Assembly (NCBI GenBank): GCA_948470565.1
Contig: CAOKPF010000006.1
Span: 1-46,309, forward strand
Reading direction: 5' to 3'
DNA from: an uncultured Clostridium sp.
GTDB lineage: Bacteria > Bacillota > Clostridia > TANB77 > CAG-465
DNA length: 46,309 bases
Part shown: positions 20,938 to 31,392 of the stretch, in pieces
Position numbering within the stretch: the stretch's first letter is position 1
How the letters are laid out: each line of letters opens with the position of its first letter
Position numbers and translations under genes: made by a program
Notes under the pieces: model-generated
The model's input: only the letters and a program-made list of their open reading frames with translations
The model's database searches: none
Told to the model about the DNA's origin: nothing

Positions 20938-22485
20938 GTGGAATTTATGCAAAAAAGACAATATTTATTAATGATTTTAGATGGAGTAGGGTTAAATGAT
21001 GAAGAAAAAGGAAATGCGTTTAAGCTTGCCAAAACTCCATATATTGATAAACTTATAATAAAATATCCTAATACACATATTGCAACTAGTGGAATGGCAG
21101 TAGGTCTTCCTGATGGACAAATGGGAAATTCAGAAGTAGGTCATACTAATATGGGAGCAGGAAGAATAGTATACCAGGAGCTTACAAGGATTACAAAAGA
21201 TATTGAAGATGGATTATTCTATGATAATGATATACTAAAAAAAGCAATGGAAAATGCAAAAAATAATAATTCAAGTATTCATTTTATGGGATTAGTTTCA
21301 GATGGTGGAGTTCATTCACATATATCTCATTTATATGCACTTCTTGAAATGGCAAAAAAATATGGATTAGATAAAGTTTATGTACATGCATTCACAGATG
21401 GTAGAGATACATCTCCAGTGTCAGCAACTGAGTATCTTAAAGAACTTGAAAATAAAATGAAAGAAATTGGTGTAGGAAAAATTGCTACTCTTTCAGGTAG
21501 ATATTATGCTATGGATAGAGATAATAGATGGGAGAGAGAAAAACTAGCCTATGATGCTATATCAAATGGAATTGGAAATAAATTTAAAAACGTTCAAAAA
21601 GCAATAGAAAATTCTTATGAAGCACAAGAATTTGATGAATTTGTAAAGCCTGTAGTAATAACTGATGATCAAAATGAGCCAATAGCTACGATAAATTCTA
21701 ATGATTCAGTTGTTTTCTTTAATTTTAGACCAGATAGAGCAAGACAGATGACAAGAATATTCACAGATGAGAATTTTGCCGAATTTGAAAGAAAAGATAT
21801 TACTAACTTAACTTTTGTTACAATGACACAGTACGATGAAAAGTTTAAAAATGTTATGGTTGCATATAAGCCACAATTACTAAAAAATACATTAGGTGAG
21901 TATATATCTACTAAAGGTTATACTCAATTAAGAATTGCAGAAACTGAAAAGTATGCTCATGTTACATTTTTCTTTAATGGTGGAGAGGAAAAACAGTATG
22001 TAGGAGAGAGTAGAGAACTTATACCATCTCCTAAAGTTGCAACATATGATTTGAAACCTGAAATGTCAGCAAATGATATTACAGATAAAGTAATTGAGGC
22101 TATTGATTCAAAAAAATATGATGTAATTATAATGAATTATGCCAATGGAGATATGGTAGGACATACTGGTAATATAGAAAAAGCAATTGAGGCAGTTGAA
22201 ACATTAGATAAATGTGTAGAAAAAGTTATAACTAAAATAGAGCAAGTAGATGGTGAGGCAATAATTACAGCTGATCATGGTAATTGCGAATGTATGTTGG
22301 ACTTAAAAACTGGTGAGGTTGTAACATCTCATACAACTTTTGATGTTCCTGTAATAGTCGTATCAAATAGAATTAAAAATATTACAAGTGGAAAATTATG
22401 TGATATTGCTCCAACATTATTAGAGCTTATGGGAGAGAATAAGCCTTCAGAAATGACAGGTACTAGTATAGTAGAGTTAGAATAA
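20938..22485 (+). CDS. gpmI: 2,3-bisphosphoglycerate-independent phosphoglycerate mutase
   Basis: GNSEVGH, SDGGVHSH, GRYYAMDRD, ETEKYAHVT and DMVGHTG motifs. Confidence 0.98.
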   Translation: MEFMQKRQYLLMILDGVGLNDEEKGNAFKLAKTPYIDKLIIKYPNTHIATSGMAVGLPDGQMGNSEVGHTNMGAGRIVYQELTRITKDIEDGLFYDNDILKKAMENAKNNNSSIHFMGLVSDGGVHSHISHLYALLEMAKKYGLDKVYVHAFTDGRDTSPVSATEYLKELENKMKEIGVGKIATLSGRYYAMDRDNRWEREKLAYDAISNGIGNKFKNVQKAIENSYEAQEFDEFVKPVVITDDQNEPIATINSNDSVVFFNFRPDRARQMTRIFTDENFAEFERKDITNLTFVTMTQYDEKFKNVMVAYKPQLLKNTLGEYISTKGYTQLRIAETEKYAHVTFFFNGGEEKQYVGESRELIPSPKVATYDLKPEMSANDITDKVIEAIDSKKYDVIIMNYANGDMVGHTGNIEKAIEAVETLDKCVEKVITKIEQVDGEAIITADHGNCECMLDLKTGEVVTSHTTFDVPVIVVSNRIKNITSGKLCDIAPTLLELMGENKPSEMTGTSIVELE

Positions 22486-22541
22486 AAAGTTGTATAAAAA
22501 ATTAAAAATAGCTATTTTCGTAAAAAAACGGGGTGAAAAAT

Positions 22542-23390
22542 ATGTCTGAAATAAGGTTAAATAGAGAAGACTTTGAAACAGAAGCAGAATGGTATACATA
22601 TATGATAACTCATCCAGAGGAAGAAGAGAATGTAGAAGACGAAGAAGAGTATCAGAAGGGAATATACCAATGTCTTAAGTGTGGATATATATTAGATGAA
22701 ACTGATAAAGATTGTAAATATACAATAGAAGATTTAAGAACTAAACTTAAAGGTTGCCCAAAATGTAAAGGTAAAAAATTTAAGAAAATTACTAAAGAGG
22801 CAAAACAAAAATATGAAGAAGAGCAGGAAGAAAAGAAAAAAGAAAAATCAAAGGCAGATGCTAGGTATATAAAAGTTACATTAGATAAGATAAATAGGGA
22901 ATTAAATGATATAAAAAAAGAGTTATTAAGTGAGCTTGAGAATAATAAAATAACACCTGAGCATTTTGCAAGCCTTATGGTAAATTTAAGTTTTTTAGTA
23001 TACAAATATTACAGGAAAGATGATAATATACAATTATTTTGGACAAGTATACGTGAGTTTTCAAGAGATGCTGCAAAAAATGCTTTAGAAAAAAAATATG
23101 AAGTAGACAAATTGGATAGTACACTTGACTCTGTTTTAGAGGAATATGACAAAGAAAATGATTTAATTTATTTAATGTATTCAAAGAAAATAGCTCAAGA
23201 TAGTCTTGTTAATAGTAAGTTTGAAGACATAGATGAGATAAACAAGGATATAGCTAGATTAGAACAAAAAATAAAAGTTATAGAAAATGCAAATGAATAT
23301 GTAAGAAAAATAGAAGATAAACATTATGATAGTAGGGAAACTATTAATGAAAATTACTTAAGTGAAACATTAAAAAAGTATAATAATTAG
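22542..23390 (+). CDS. Hypothetical zinc-ribbon/coiled-coil protein
   Basis: YQCLKCG...GCPKCKG followed by a highly charged helical region. GGGGTG RBS. Confidence 0.7.
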   Translation: MSEIRLNREDFETEAEWYTYMITHPEEEENVEDEEEYQKGIYQCLKCGYILDETDKDCKYTIEDLRTKLKGCPKCKGKKFKKITKEAKQKYEEEQEEKKKEKSKADARYIKVTLDKINRELNDIKKELLSELENNKITPEHFASLMVNLSFLVYKYYRKDDNIQLFWTSIREFSRDAAKNALEKKYEVDKLDSTLDSVLEEYDKENDLIYLMYSKKIAQDSLVNSKFEDIDEINKDIARLEQKIKVIENANEYVRKIEDKHYDSRETINENYLSETLKKYNN

Positions 23391-23451
23391 TATTTAGTAA
23401 CTGTAAATTAAATTTACAGTTATTGTCATATATATATGTAGGTGAGTTTTT

Positions 23452-24315
23452 ATGGAAGAACAAAATAATGATATAAAAAAGGTTAGTATAATGGGAATTA
23501 TATTTAATTTAGGATTACTTTGTATAAAAATAATTGCAGGTATAATTTCAAATTCACAAGCTATGATAGCAGATGCATTAAATAGTGCAGGTGATATCTT
23601 TGCAAGTTTAATGTCATATATAGGGAATAAAATATCATCTAAACCGAATGATGAAGATCACCCTTATGGGCATGGAAAAGCAGAGTATATTTTTTCACAG
23701 TTAATAGGTATTTCTATGGTTATAGCTAGTGTTACTATGATAAAAAATTCTATTGTAAGTATTATACAAAAGCAAAGCATTGATTTTTCTTTTTGGCTTG
23801 TAATTGCTTGTATTATAACAATAATTACTAAGTTATCATTATATTTATATACAAGAAAAATATATAGACTTAACAAAAGTATACTTATAAAATCAATGAT
23901 GGAAGATCATAGAAATGATGTATTTGTTACATTTGGAACATTAATAGGTATAGCGTTATCATATATTGGACTTCATTTTGCAGATGGCGTTATTGGTGTT
24001 ATTACTTCAATTTGGATCTTAAAATCTGGTATAGATATTTTTAAAATATCATATGATGTATTAATGGATACAGATATATCAAAAGAAGAAAAAGATGAAA
24101 TAATAAACATGGCAGAAATGGTAGAAGAGGTTATGCACGTAGATACAATTATAACTAAACCAGTAGGAGTTAAATATTTAGTAATACTTAAAATTTCAAT
24201 GGATGGTAATTATACTTTATTTAAATCACATGATATTGGAGGAAAATTAAAGCAGGATATATTACAAAAATTTGAAGATGTAAAAGATGTAATAATACAT
24301 ATAAATCCACATTAG
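23452..24315 (+). CDS. Cation diffusion facilitator family transporter
   Basis: SQAMIADALNSAGD, HPYGHGKAE, DHRND and IHINP motifs. Confidence 0.93.
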   Translation: MEEQNNDIKKVSIMGIIFNLGLLCIKIIAGIISNSQAMIADALNSAGDIFASLMSYIGNKISSKPNDEDHPYGHGKAEYIFSQLIGISMVIASVTMIKNSIVSIIQKQSIDFSFWLVIACIITIITKLSLYLYTRKIYRLNKSILIKSMMEDHRNDVFVTFGTLIGIALSYIGLHFADGVIGVITSIWILKSGIDIFKISYDVLMDTDISKEEKDEIINMAEMVEEVMHVDTIITKPVGVKYLVILKISMDGNYTLFKSHDIGGKLKQDILQKFEDVKDVIIHINPH

Positions 24316-24323
24316 AAAAAATA

Positions 24324-24352
24324 AACAACTCCCCAAAATATGGGGAGTTGTT
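24324..24352. terminator. Bidirectional terminator hairpin
   Basis: AACAACTCCCCA-AAATA-TGGGGAGTTGTT between convergent genes. Confidence 0.8.
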
Positions 24353-24368
24353 AAATTTGGGGTATATG

Positions 24369-24683
24369 TTACGACATTTCTATTGTAGTGGTTCTTTTTG
24401 TAATAAAAAAATTATCTTCTGGATTTGCGCAGTATGCTTTTATCTTATAATCTAAGTAAATTTTCTCTTCATCATCTTTTGTATAATTTACATTATATTC
24501 AAATTCACCCCAGAAAATTTTTACTTCTCTGTCTGAGTTAGCATCTTTTGCTTTTTTTACTATTTTTCTTTTCATTTTTTCTTTATCAAATTCATCTTCT
24601 GTTTTTTGGGTTATAATATAACCCGCTACTGTTTCAATTGAGTAAACTGTGGAGAAAATTGCAATAAAATGTTTTTTGTTCAT
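24369..24683 (-). CDS. Hypothetical protein
   Basis: AGAGAGG RBS. Ends at the shared terminator. Confidence 0.65.
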   Translation of the reverse strand: MNKKHFIAIFSTVYSIETVAGYIITQKTEDEFDKEKMKRKIVKKAKDANSDREVKIFWGEFEYNVNYTKDDEEKIYLDYKIKAYCANPEDNFFITKRTTTIEMS

Positions 24684-24898
24684 ATAGACCTCTCTTTCAC
24701 GATATTATGTAAAGTAATATTGCAATAATTTTTAAAATACTAATAATGAAAATTTTTAGTTATTATTAAATTGTGAGATAAGATAAATTTAATAGTTGTA
24801 TCATATTATAATAAAAAATATATTTATAATATTAAAAATAGCAAACAGAACAAAATATAATTTAACTTTGTTCTGCTTGTTATTAAAAATAATTATTA

Positions 24899-25666
24899 TT
24901 AACGTAATATTCTTTCAAGGAGTGAAAGTTTTCTTAGTGAATTATAATCATTTGTATGACCATGTATACAATCATAACTAGATTTCCATGCTAAATTAGG
25001 ATTGTACTTTACAGATATGGCGTGAAGCGAATTATGGTTTTGTAAGTATAAAAAAGCATTAGCTGCCATGTCGTCTTGAACGTGACGTGAAAGTACAGGT
25101 TCCCCAATTGGTTTTATATACCAAGTATTTTGTTCATCTCTGAAAATATCCATAAGATATATACTTGTTTTTTTTGTAACTAACATATTGTATTTGCATT
25201 CATATTCAAATAATGGTGAATTACTATAATAATTATCAATAAGTATTTTTAAGTTTTTTATATCATTTAAATATTTATGAGTTTTTCTACCATCTGATAT
25301 ACTTATAACTGGTATAATATGATATATATCAGTTTTATTTTGTATAGTATTAAAATCAATAAATATTCGTGATTTATCCCATTTATCAGAATTTGTTTCA
25401 CCAGAGTTAAACCAGCCATTATCAGACTTTCTATCATATTCGCCTAAGCTGTGATCCTCAATTATAGCTTTTGATTTATGTATTTGATTATTCCAGTATA
25501 TTACATCGTCTACATGTCCATCCTTTTTTAAGCATATAACACTAAAATCTAATTCATATAATTTTTCCTTTATACGCCATTTTCCTCTAAGTAAAATTTT
25601 TGGATTTGCATTGGTATCAATTTGAAGCTCCTCGTCTAAAATAATTCTTTCCTGTGATGACTGCAT
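24899..25666 (-). CDS. TerD-domain stress protein (divergent)
   Basis: ELDFSVICL...VIYWNNQ...IFIDFNTI...WYIKPIGE follows the TerD pattern. AAGGAGG RBS. Confidence 0.7.
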   Translation of the reverse strand: MQSSQERIILDEELQIDTNANPKILLRGKWRIKEKLYELDFSVICLKKDGHVDDVIYWNNQIHKSKAIIEDHSLGEYDRKSDNGWFNSGETNSDKWDKSRIFIDFNTIQNKTDIYHIIPVISISDGRKTHKYLNDIKNLKILIDNYYSNSPLFEYECKYNMLVTKKTSIYLMDIFRDEQNTWYIKPIGEPVLSRHVQDDMAANAFLYLQNHNSLHAISVKYNPNLAWKSSYDCIHGHTNDYNSLRKLSLLERILR

Positions 25667-25936
25667 AAAATAGTCCTCCTTAAATATTTTTTGTCATATT
25701 AGCATCTTTAATATAAATAAAAGATTAATATATAATATATTTCACCTCCTTAGAAATTTCATAGGATAAAATTATAAAGCTACAATATTCTATCATATAC
25801 AATATGAAAATGCAACAAAAAGTTAAGTATATATGAATTTTTTGTTATGTATAAAAATATTTAGAAAATATATATAAAGATACTTGTATTTTATATAAAT
25901 ATAGGATAGAATATATGTAATAAAAAAGAGAGGTAT

Positions 25937-27208
25937 ATGTATATGATAAAATTTGTAATGGGAACATACATACCAGATAATTCAGATATTGTAGATAAGA
26001 AAAAAGTAATGGAATGTATAAAAGTAAGTTTTAAAGATGAGCAAAAAAATATTACAGTATTAGATTTAAATCACATGAACGATGAAACACGAAGCAAATT
26101 TATAGAAATGGGGGGGATTGACTGTTTTGCATTTACACCTGAGACTTTAGGAAGTGAAGAGGGAAAAAAAATAGTAACGGAAGTATTAAAATCTGAAATA
26201 AATTTGAATAAGAATACACAGTTTTTGAATATTTACAATGGCGATGATAAGGATAGTATTGAAAAATCAGTAAGTATAGCAGAATTATTGTTACAAGATG
26301 AATATGGAGCCAATTTTACACATTTTGATATTAATTCAGATGAAAGAATTCTATCACAAAATTTAAAAGGAATAAAGAATGATGCTGTAAAAACAAGGGA
26401 AAATTTGCAAAGTAAAGAACAAGATGTATTTGAATTTGCAAGAGCAATTGTAGAACAAATTGAAACTCAAAAAGACGAATATACCGCAAAACATATTCGT
26501 TCTGTATCTGTAATTTCAGAAGCAATTGCACGTAAAGTTGGAGTAAGTGGCAAAGAAATTGACATTTTAAAAATAGGTGCTTTGCTTCATGATGTTGGAA
26601 AAAAAGATGTATCAGATGGAATATTAAAAAAAACTTCAAGACTAACTAATGAAGAATTCCAAGAAATGAAATCACATGTTTCTTTAGGTGAGGTTGAATT
26701 AAATCAGTATGATTTAGGGGAATTTGAAAAAGCTAAAATTATTGCAGCAGAACACCATGAAAGATTTGACGGTAATGGGTATCCAAGAGGTTTAAAAGGT
26801 GAGGAGATTGATACATTATCAAGAATAGTATCTTTAGCTGATGCAACTCAGGCTATGTTTGGTAGATGTTATCAAAATGGTAGGAGTAAGGATGATTTAA
26901 TTGCTGAACTTAAAAGATGTGCTGGTACACAGTTTGATCCTAGTATGGTAAATATATTATGTGATGTATTAGAAAAAGAGCCAGAAAGCATATATGTTTC
27001 ATATGATAAAGATGGTAAAATTATGTATGATGTACCAAGTATTAATCAAATTGTAGATGAGGCAAAGGCAAGTAGAAAAGCACGTGAAGATGATTTTTTT
27101 GCTTCGTTAAGAAATGACGTAAATGAAAAGATGAGTACAAATGAAGAAATTGAAATTGATATAGGAGATGAACAATTACAAAATAGAGATGATAATATAA
27201 TTAAATAA
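25937..27208 (+). CDS. HD-GYP domain protein (putative cyclic dinucleotide phosphodiesterase)
   Basis: YTAKH, LLHDVGK, HHERFDGNGYPRGL and GTQFDP motifs. Confidence 0.88.
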   Translation: MYMIKFVMGTYIPDNSDIVDKKKVMECIKVSFKDEQKNITVLDLNHMNDETRSKFIEMGGIDCFAFTPETLGSEEGKKIVTEVLKSEINLNKNTQFLNIYNGDDKDSIEKSVSIAELLLQDEYGANFTHFDINSDERILSQNLKGIKNDAVKTRENLQSKEQDVFEFARAIVEQIETQKDEYTAKHIRSVSVISEAIARKVGVSGKEIDILKIGALLHDVGKKDVSDGILKKTSRLTNEEFQEMKSHVSLGEVELNQYDLGEFEKAKIIAAEHHERFDGNGYPRGLKGEEIDTLSRIVSLADATQAMFGRCYQNGRSKDDLIAELKRCAGTQFDPSMVNILCDVLEKEPESIYVSYDKDGKIMYDVPSINQIVDEAKASRKAREDDFFASLRNDVNEKMSTNEEIEIDIGDEQLQNRDDNIIK

Positions 27209-27280
27209 TTGAACTGAAATATTATTATATAAAAAATACACCTTAAAGTTTTAATAACTCTTTAAGGCGTATTTTTTATT

Positions 27281-27547
27281 TTAAATATTTTTCTCCAAAT
27301 AATCTTTTGCTGTGTAGATTTTTTCTTCAAATCCATTTTTCTTTGCAAGTTCAATTTGAAGAGGTGTTAAATCCTTTAGTATTTTTAGTAGTTCCTCAGG
27401 TTCAAATTCTGCTTTTATTATTTTTGCAAATGTATCTATTGCAAAAATCCATTCAGAAGAATTTTTGTTTTCTTCCAGTTTTTTGATTAATATGTCTATT
27501 AATGGCTTTATATTTTCTGTATAAGCCTCCTTAGTTATGTTACTCAT
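27281..27547 (-). CDS. Hypothetical protein
   Basis: AAGGAGG RBS, sigmaA-like promoter upstream, and a shared terminator at about 27231-27277. Confidence 0.65.
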   Translation of the reverse strand: MSNITKEAYTENIKPLIDILIKKLEENKNSSEWIFAIDTFAKIIKAEFEPEELLKILKDLTPLQIELAKKNGFEEKIYTAKDYLEKNI

Positions 27548-27673
27548 ATAACCCTCCTTAAAAATTATATAAATATAATATCATATAAATTACAAAATGT
27601 CAAGAAATAATTAGCACTAAAATTACATAACTTTGTGATTTTATTGTTTTTTTAATAAATTTTTGAAAAAAGC

Positions 27674-27758
27674 TTGACAAATTTGCATGTTAATAATATA
27701 ATGTTAATAACAAACAAAAATGAACATAAAATAATTATTAATGTTGTAGACAAACAAA
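27674..27758 (+). promoter_or_regulatory. prs promoter with two candidate NrtR operators
   Basis: TTGACA(27674)-17-TATAAT(27697). AATGTT-N7-AACAAA at 27700-27718 and 27740-27758. Confidence 0.6.
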
Positions 27759-27786
27759 TTTTGCTTGATAGAAAGGAGAAATTATT

Positions 27787-28860
27787 ATGGAAAATAATTT
27801 AAGATTAATTGTACTGGATAATATTAAGGAATTCGGAGAGATGGTAAATCGGAATTTGTGGCAGCTTAGGGATAATAAAGCAAGTTATACAGTATCAGTA
27901 AGTGTAAGTCGTTTCTCAAATGGTGAGGGAAAGGCTAGAATAGAGGAGACTGTTCGTGAAAAAGATGTGTATATTATTTCGGATGTAGGTAACTATTCAC
28001 AAAAGTATATGTTACATGGATATGAGCATCGAGTATCTCCAGATGAACACTTTCAAGACATTAAACGTGTAATTTCTGCAACATGTGGGCATGCTTCCAA
28101 AATTACACTTATTATGCCACTGTTATACCAATCCAGGCAGCATAAAAGAAAAGGAAGTGAATCTTTAGACTGCGCAATTGCTTTACAGGAATTAGAGGAA
28201 CTTGGAGTGAATAATATTATTACTTTTGATGCTCATGATCCAAATGTATCAAATGCAATTCCTAAACTTCCTTTTGAGAATGTATATCCTACACATGTAA
28301 TTTTGAAAACAATTCTTGATGATGAACCAGATTGTATGGAAGATATACTTGTAGTAAGTCCAGATTCGGGCGCAATGGAAAGGGCAAGATATTATGCTGA
28401 TATGCTTGGCTGTGATGTGGGTATGTCGTATAAGAGGCGTGATTTAAGCCGTGTTGTAAATGGTAAAAATCCAATTCTTGCGCATGAATATATGGGTGCA
28501 GATGTAAAGGGGAGAAATATTCTTATCGTTGATGATATGATTGCTTCTGGTCAGTCTATGATTGAAGTAGCTCAGTGTTTACGAAAAAGGGGTGCAAAGA
28601 AAATCTATATGGCAGCAACGTTTGCATTGTTTACAGAAGGTATTAACAGTTTTATCAGTGCTTATGAAAATGGCGTGTTTGATAAGTTGTATTCAACTAA
28701 TTTATCATATATACCAGAACATATAAAAGAGCAAAAATGGTATGTTGACGTTGATTGTTCTATGCAGCTTGCAAAAATAATTAATGCACTTAACAGTAAA
28801 AAGTCATTAAGAGAACTGTTTGATGGAGAACAGCAGATGTTGCAAATAATGAAAAGATAA
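27787..28860 (+). CDS. prs: Ribose-phosphate pyrophosphokinase
   Basis: RFSNGE, SRQH, VSPDSGA, KRRD and VDDMIASG motifs. Confidence 0.93.
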   Translation: MENNLRLIVLDNIKEFGEMVNRNLWQLRDNKASYTVSVSVSRFSNGEGKARIEETVREKDVYIISDVGNYSQKYMLHGYEHRVSPDEHFQDIKRVISATCGHASKITLIMPLLYQSRQHKRKGSESLDCAIALQELEELGVNNIITFDAHDPNVSNAIPKLPFENVYPTHVILKTILDDEPDCMEDILVVSPDSGAMERARYYADMLGCDVGMSYKRRDLSRVVNGKNPILAHEYMGADVKGRNILIVDDMIASGQSMIEVAQCLRKRGAKKIYMAATFALFTEGINSFISAYENGVFDKLYSTNLSYIPEHIKEQKWYVDVDCSMQLAKIINALNSKKSLRELFDGEQQMLQIMKR

Positions 28861-28883
28861 ATTGGATTAAGTGAGGTGAAAAT

Positions 28884-29465
28884 ATGAAAATTGGAATATT
28901 TGGAGGTTCGTTTAATCCACCTCATAAAATGCATAAAAATATTGCTCTAAAACTTCTTGATAATAATATCTTAGATAGAGTAATATTTGTACCAACAGGA
29001 GAAAAGTATAATAAGGATACATTAATTGAAAGTAGCCATAGATACAATATGTTAAAACTTATGTGTAGAGATGATAACAGGCTTGATGTGTCTGACTTTG
29101 AATTAAAAAATATGCTTGTATCAAGTTATCAAAGTTTAGATCATTTTAGAGGAATATACAAGCAAGATGAAATCTTTTTTATTCTTGGTACAGATAATTT
29201 GTATAGTTTTTATACTTGGAAAAATTATGAATATATGTTACAAAATTACAAGTTTATTGTAATAAGAAGAAAAGGTTTTATTGCTGAAGAAATAATTAAG
29301 AAATATCAAAAGTACAGAAAAAATATTTTAATTACAGATATTAGTATGAATGACATATCATCAACATATATACGAAATTTAATAAGTAGTAAGTTAGATA
29401 TAATTGATGACTATGTAGATGATGTAGTGTATAAATATATTATACAAAATAAATTGTATGTATAA
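28884..29465 (+). CDS. nadD: Nicotinate-nucleotide adenylyltransferase
   Basis: GIFGGSFNPPHKMH, FILGTDN, ISSTYIR and YIIQNKLY motifs. Confidence 0.93.
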   Translation: MKIGIFGGSFNPPHKMHKNIALKLLDNNILDRVIFVPTGEKYNKDTLIESSHRYNMLKLMCRDDNRLDVSDFELKNMLVSSYQSLDHFRGIYKQDEIFFILGTDNLYSFYTWKNYEYMLQNYKFIVIRRKGFIAEEIIKKYQKYRKNILITDISMNDISSTYIRNLISSKLDIIDDYVDDVVYKYIIQNKLYV

Positions 29466-29586
29466 TTAATATGGGTGTTCACATTTGTGGGCACTCATTT
29501 TTGAAGTTTATTTATGAAAATTTACTTGATTTATAATGTTTATTATAGTATAATTTTAATATAAATTTTGGAGGTTATATAACATT

Positions 29587-30411
29587 ATGAAAAAGGAATA
29601 TAGTTCAGAAGAAGAATTTTTAAGAGAATATGATCCAAGTGTATTTGATAAATTTTCTGTTACATCTGATATATTGATATTTAGTGTATCTGATGAAGAA
29701 CAGTTTAATTATAGGAAACTTAATAATAAATATTTTAGTATATTACTTGTAAAAAGAAATGAATATCCATATAAAGATAAATGGTGTTTACCAGGTGGAT
29801 TTGTAAGAATAGATGAAACTATAGATGAATCTGCAAAAAGAATACTGGAAAAAGAAACTAATTTAAAAAATATATATGTAGAACAGTTGTATACATTTGG
29901 AGATGTAAAAAGAGATCCAAGAATGAGAGTAATTAGTACAGCATATATGGCACTTATAGATAAAAATCAGTTAGAAGATAGAATAAGTAAAGAGGCTTCT
30001 TGGTTTAACTTAAATGTGGAAGAGGAAGAAAATAAAATAAAGGTAATTCTTGATAATAAAGAGGAAAAACTACATTTTGTAATAAATAAAATTGCTAAGG
30101 AAGAAACTACTGATAAATATTATTATAGTATAGCAGAAAATGATGGATTAGCATTTGATCATCCTCTTGCAATTATAAATGGTATATTTAGGTTAAAAAA
30201 TAAAATAGAATATACTGATATAGTGTTTAATATGATGCCTGAGTATTTTACTTTAGGAGAATTACAACAAGTATATGAGGTTATACTTGGTAAGAAATTA
30301 TTAGATCCTGCGTTTAGAAGAATAATAGCAAGTAAAGTAGAAAAAACCGATAGGATAAAAAAGGGTGAAGGTCATAGACCATCAGCTTTATTTAAATATA
30401 AAAGGAAATAA
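29587..30411 (+). CDS. nrtR: NrtR-family Nudix transcriptional regulator
   Basis: Degenerate Nudix box, EQLYTFG..RDPR.RVISTAY, LAFDH, and a C-terminal winged helix (FTLGELQQVYE...FRR...GHRPSALF). Confidence 0.88.
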   Translation: MKKEYSSEEEFLREYDPSVFDKFSVTSDILIFSVSDEEQFNYRKLNNKYFSILLVKRNEYPYKDKWCLPGGFVRIDETIDESAKRILEKETNLKNIYVEQLYTFGDVKRDPRMRVISTAYMALIDKNQLEDRISKEASWFNLNVEEEENKIKVILDNKEEKLHFVINKIAKEETTDKYYYSIAENDGLAFDHPLAIINGIFRLKNKIEYTDIVFNMMPEYFTLGELQQVYEVILGKKLLDPAFRRIIASKVEKTDRIKKGEGHRPSALFKYKRK

Positions 30412-30429
30412 CAAATATTTAACCTTTAA

Positions 30430-30526
30430 GTGGTTGTAAAAAAGTAAAAAGTCATTGAATTTACATATGTATTTTCAATGATTTTTATTATAATATTTTA
30501 CAATAATATAATTTTTTTACATCTCC
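30430..30526. repeat. Dispersed palindromic repeat, copy 4, with IR-like ends
   Basis: Core at 30446-30486. Ends GTGGTTGTAAAAAA and TTTTTTACATCTCC. Confidence 0.8.
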
Positions 30527-30725
30527 TTTTTTAATAATAAATGTATATTTTTTGAATTAATTTTACATAATATATTGAAGAAACATTAAAATTGTGATAT
30601 ACTAATTGACGTAAAAATTATAGTCATATTTGATATTATACTTTATTAACATTGAAGCAAAAAACATTGTAAACATATTAAAACAAAGAAATTTCAGAAA
30701 AATTAAATAAATTTTAAAATTTCTA

Positions 30726-30770
30726 TTGACAAATCACAATGTTTGTATTATAATGTTAATAACAAATAGT
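30726..30770 (+). promoter_or_regulatory. nudF-pncA-pncB promoter with candidate NrtR operator
   Basis: TTGACA(30726)-17-TATAAT(30749). TATAATGTTAATAACAAA is identical to the prs promoter. Confidence 0.6.
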
Positions 30771-30807
30771 TAATATCAAAAAATAATTATTTAAAGGAGG
30801 AATTTCA

Positions 30808-31374
30808 ATGAATATTTTTATTGGAAACGAAAGGACAGTATATGGTTGTAAAAGATTAACGGTAGAAGAGTGTGATGTTAAATTTTCAGATGGGCGTTCT
30901 ACAATACATACACACGTAAAATGTCCGCCAGCAGTAGCAGTTTTGTGTATTACAAAAGATAATAAAATAATCTTTGTAAAACAAACAAGAACAGCAGCAG
31001 GCGTCATGGAAGTGCTTGAGTTGCCAGCAGGTTTAGTTGAGGATGGTGAAGAACCAATACTTGCAGCTATAAGAGAAATGGAGGAGGAGACTGGTTATCA
31101 TGTAAATAATTTAAAACTTTTACATGAATACTATACGAGTATAGGTTTTACCAATGAAAAACTCTATTTATATGGAACTGCTGATGTGGAAGAGATTGGA
31201 GAACAACATCTTGATGAAAATGAAGACATCGAACTTGTTTTGATTGATGTTGAAGAGGCGCTCACTATGCTTGATGAAGGAAAGTTTGTAAACGCAACTA
31301 CTATTATAGCATTAAACAATCTTAAGGCTAGAAAGTTGCGGGCAGCTGTTGATAGATTTATAGAGTTTGCATAA
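30808..31374 (+). CDS. nudF: ADP-ribose pyrophosphatase (Nudix)
   Basis: [35 protein letters not shown] and LDENEDIE motifs. Confidence 0.85.
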   Translation: MNIFIGNERTVYGCKRLTVEECDVKFSDGRSTIHTHVKCPPAVAVLCITKDNKIIFVKQTRTAAGVMEVLELPAGLVEDGEEPILAAIREMEEETGYHVNNLKLLHEYYTSIGFTNEKLYLYGTADVEEIGEQHLDENEDIELVLIDVEEALTMLDEGKFVNATTIIALNNLKARKLRAAVDRFIEFA

Positions 31375-31392
31375 AATGAGGAGGAATGACTT

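Noticed and set aside
25741-25752. Strong minus-strand RBS (AAGGAGGTG) upstream of the TerD-like gene as a leader peptide
   Set aside because: No well-spaced start codon or convincing ORF follows it.
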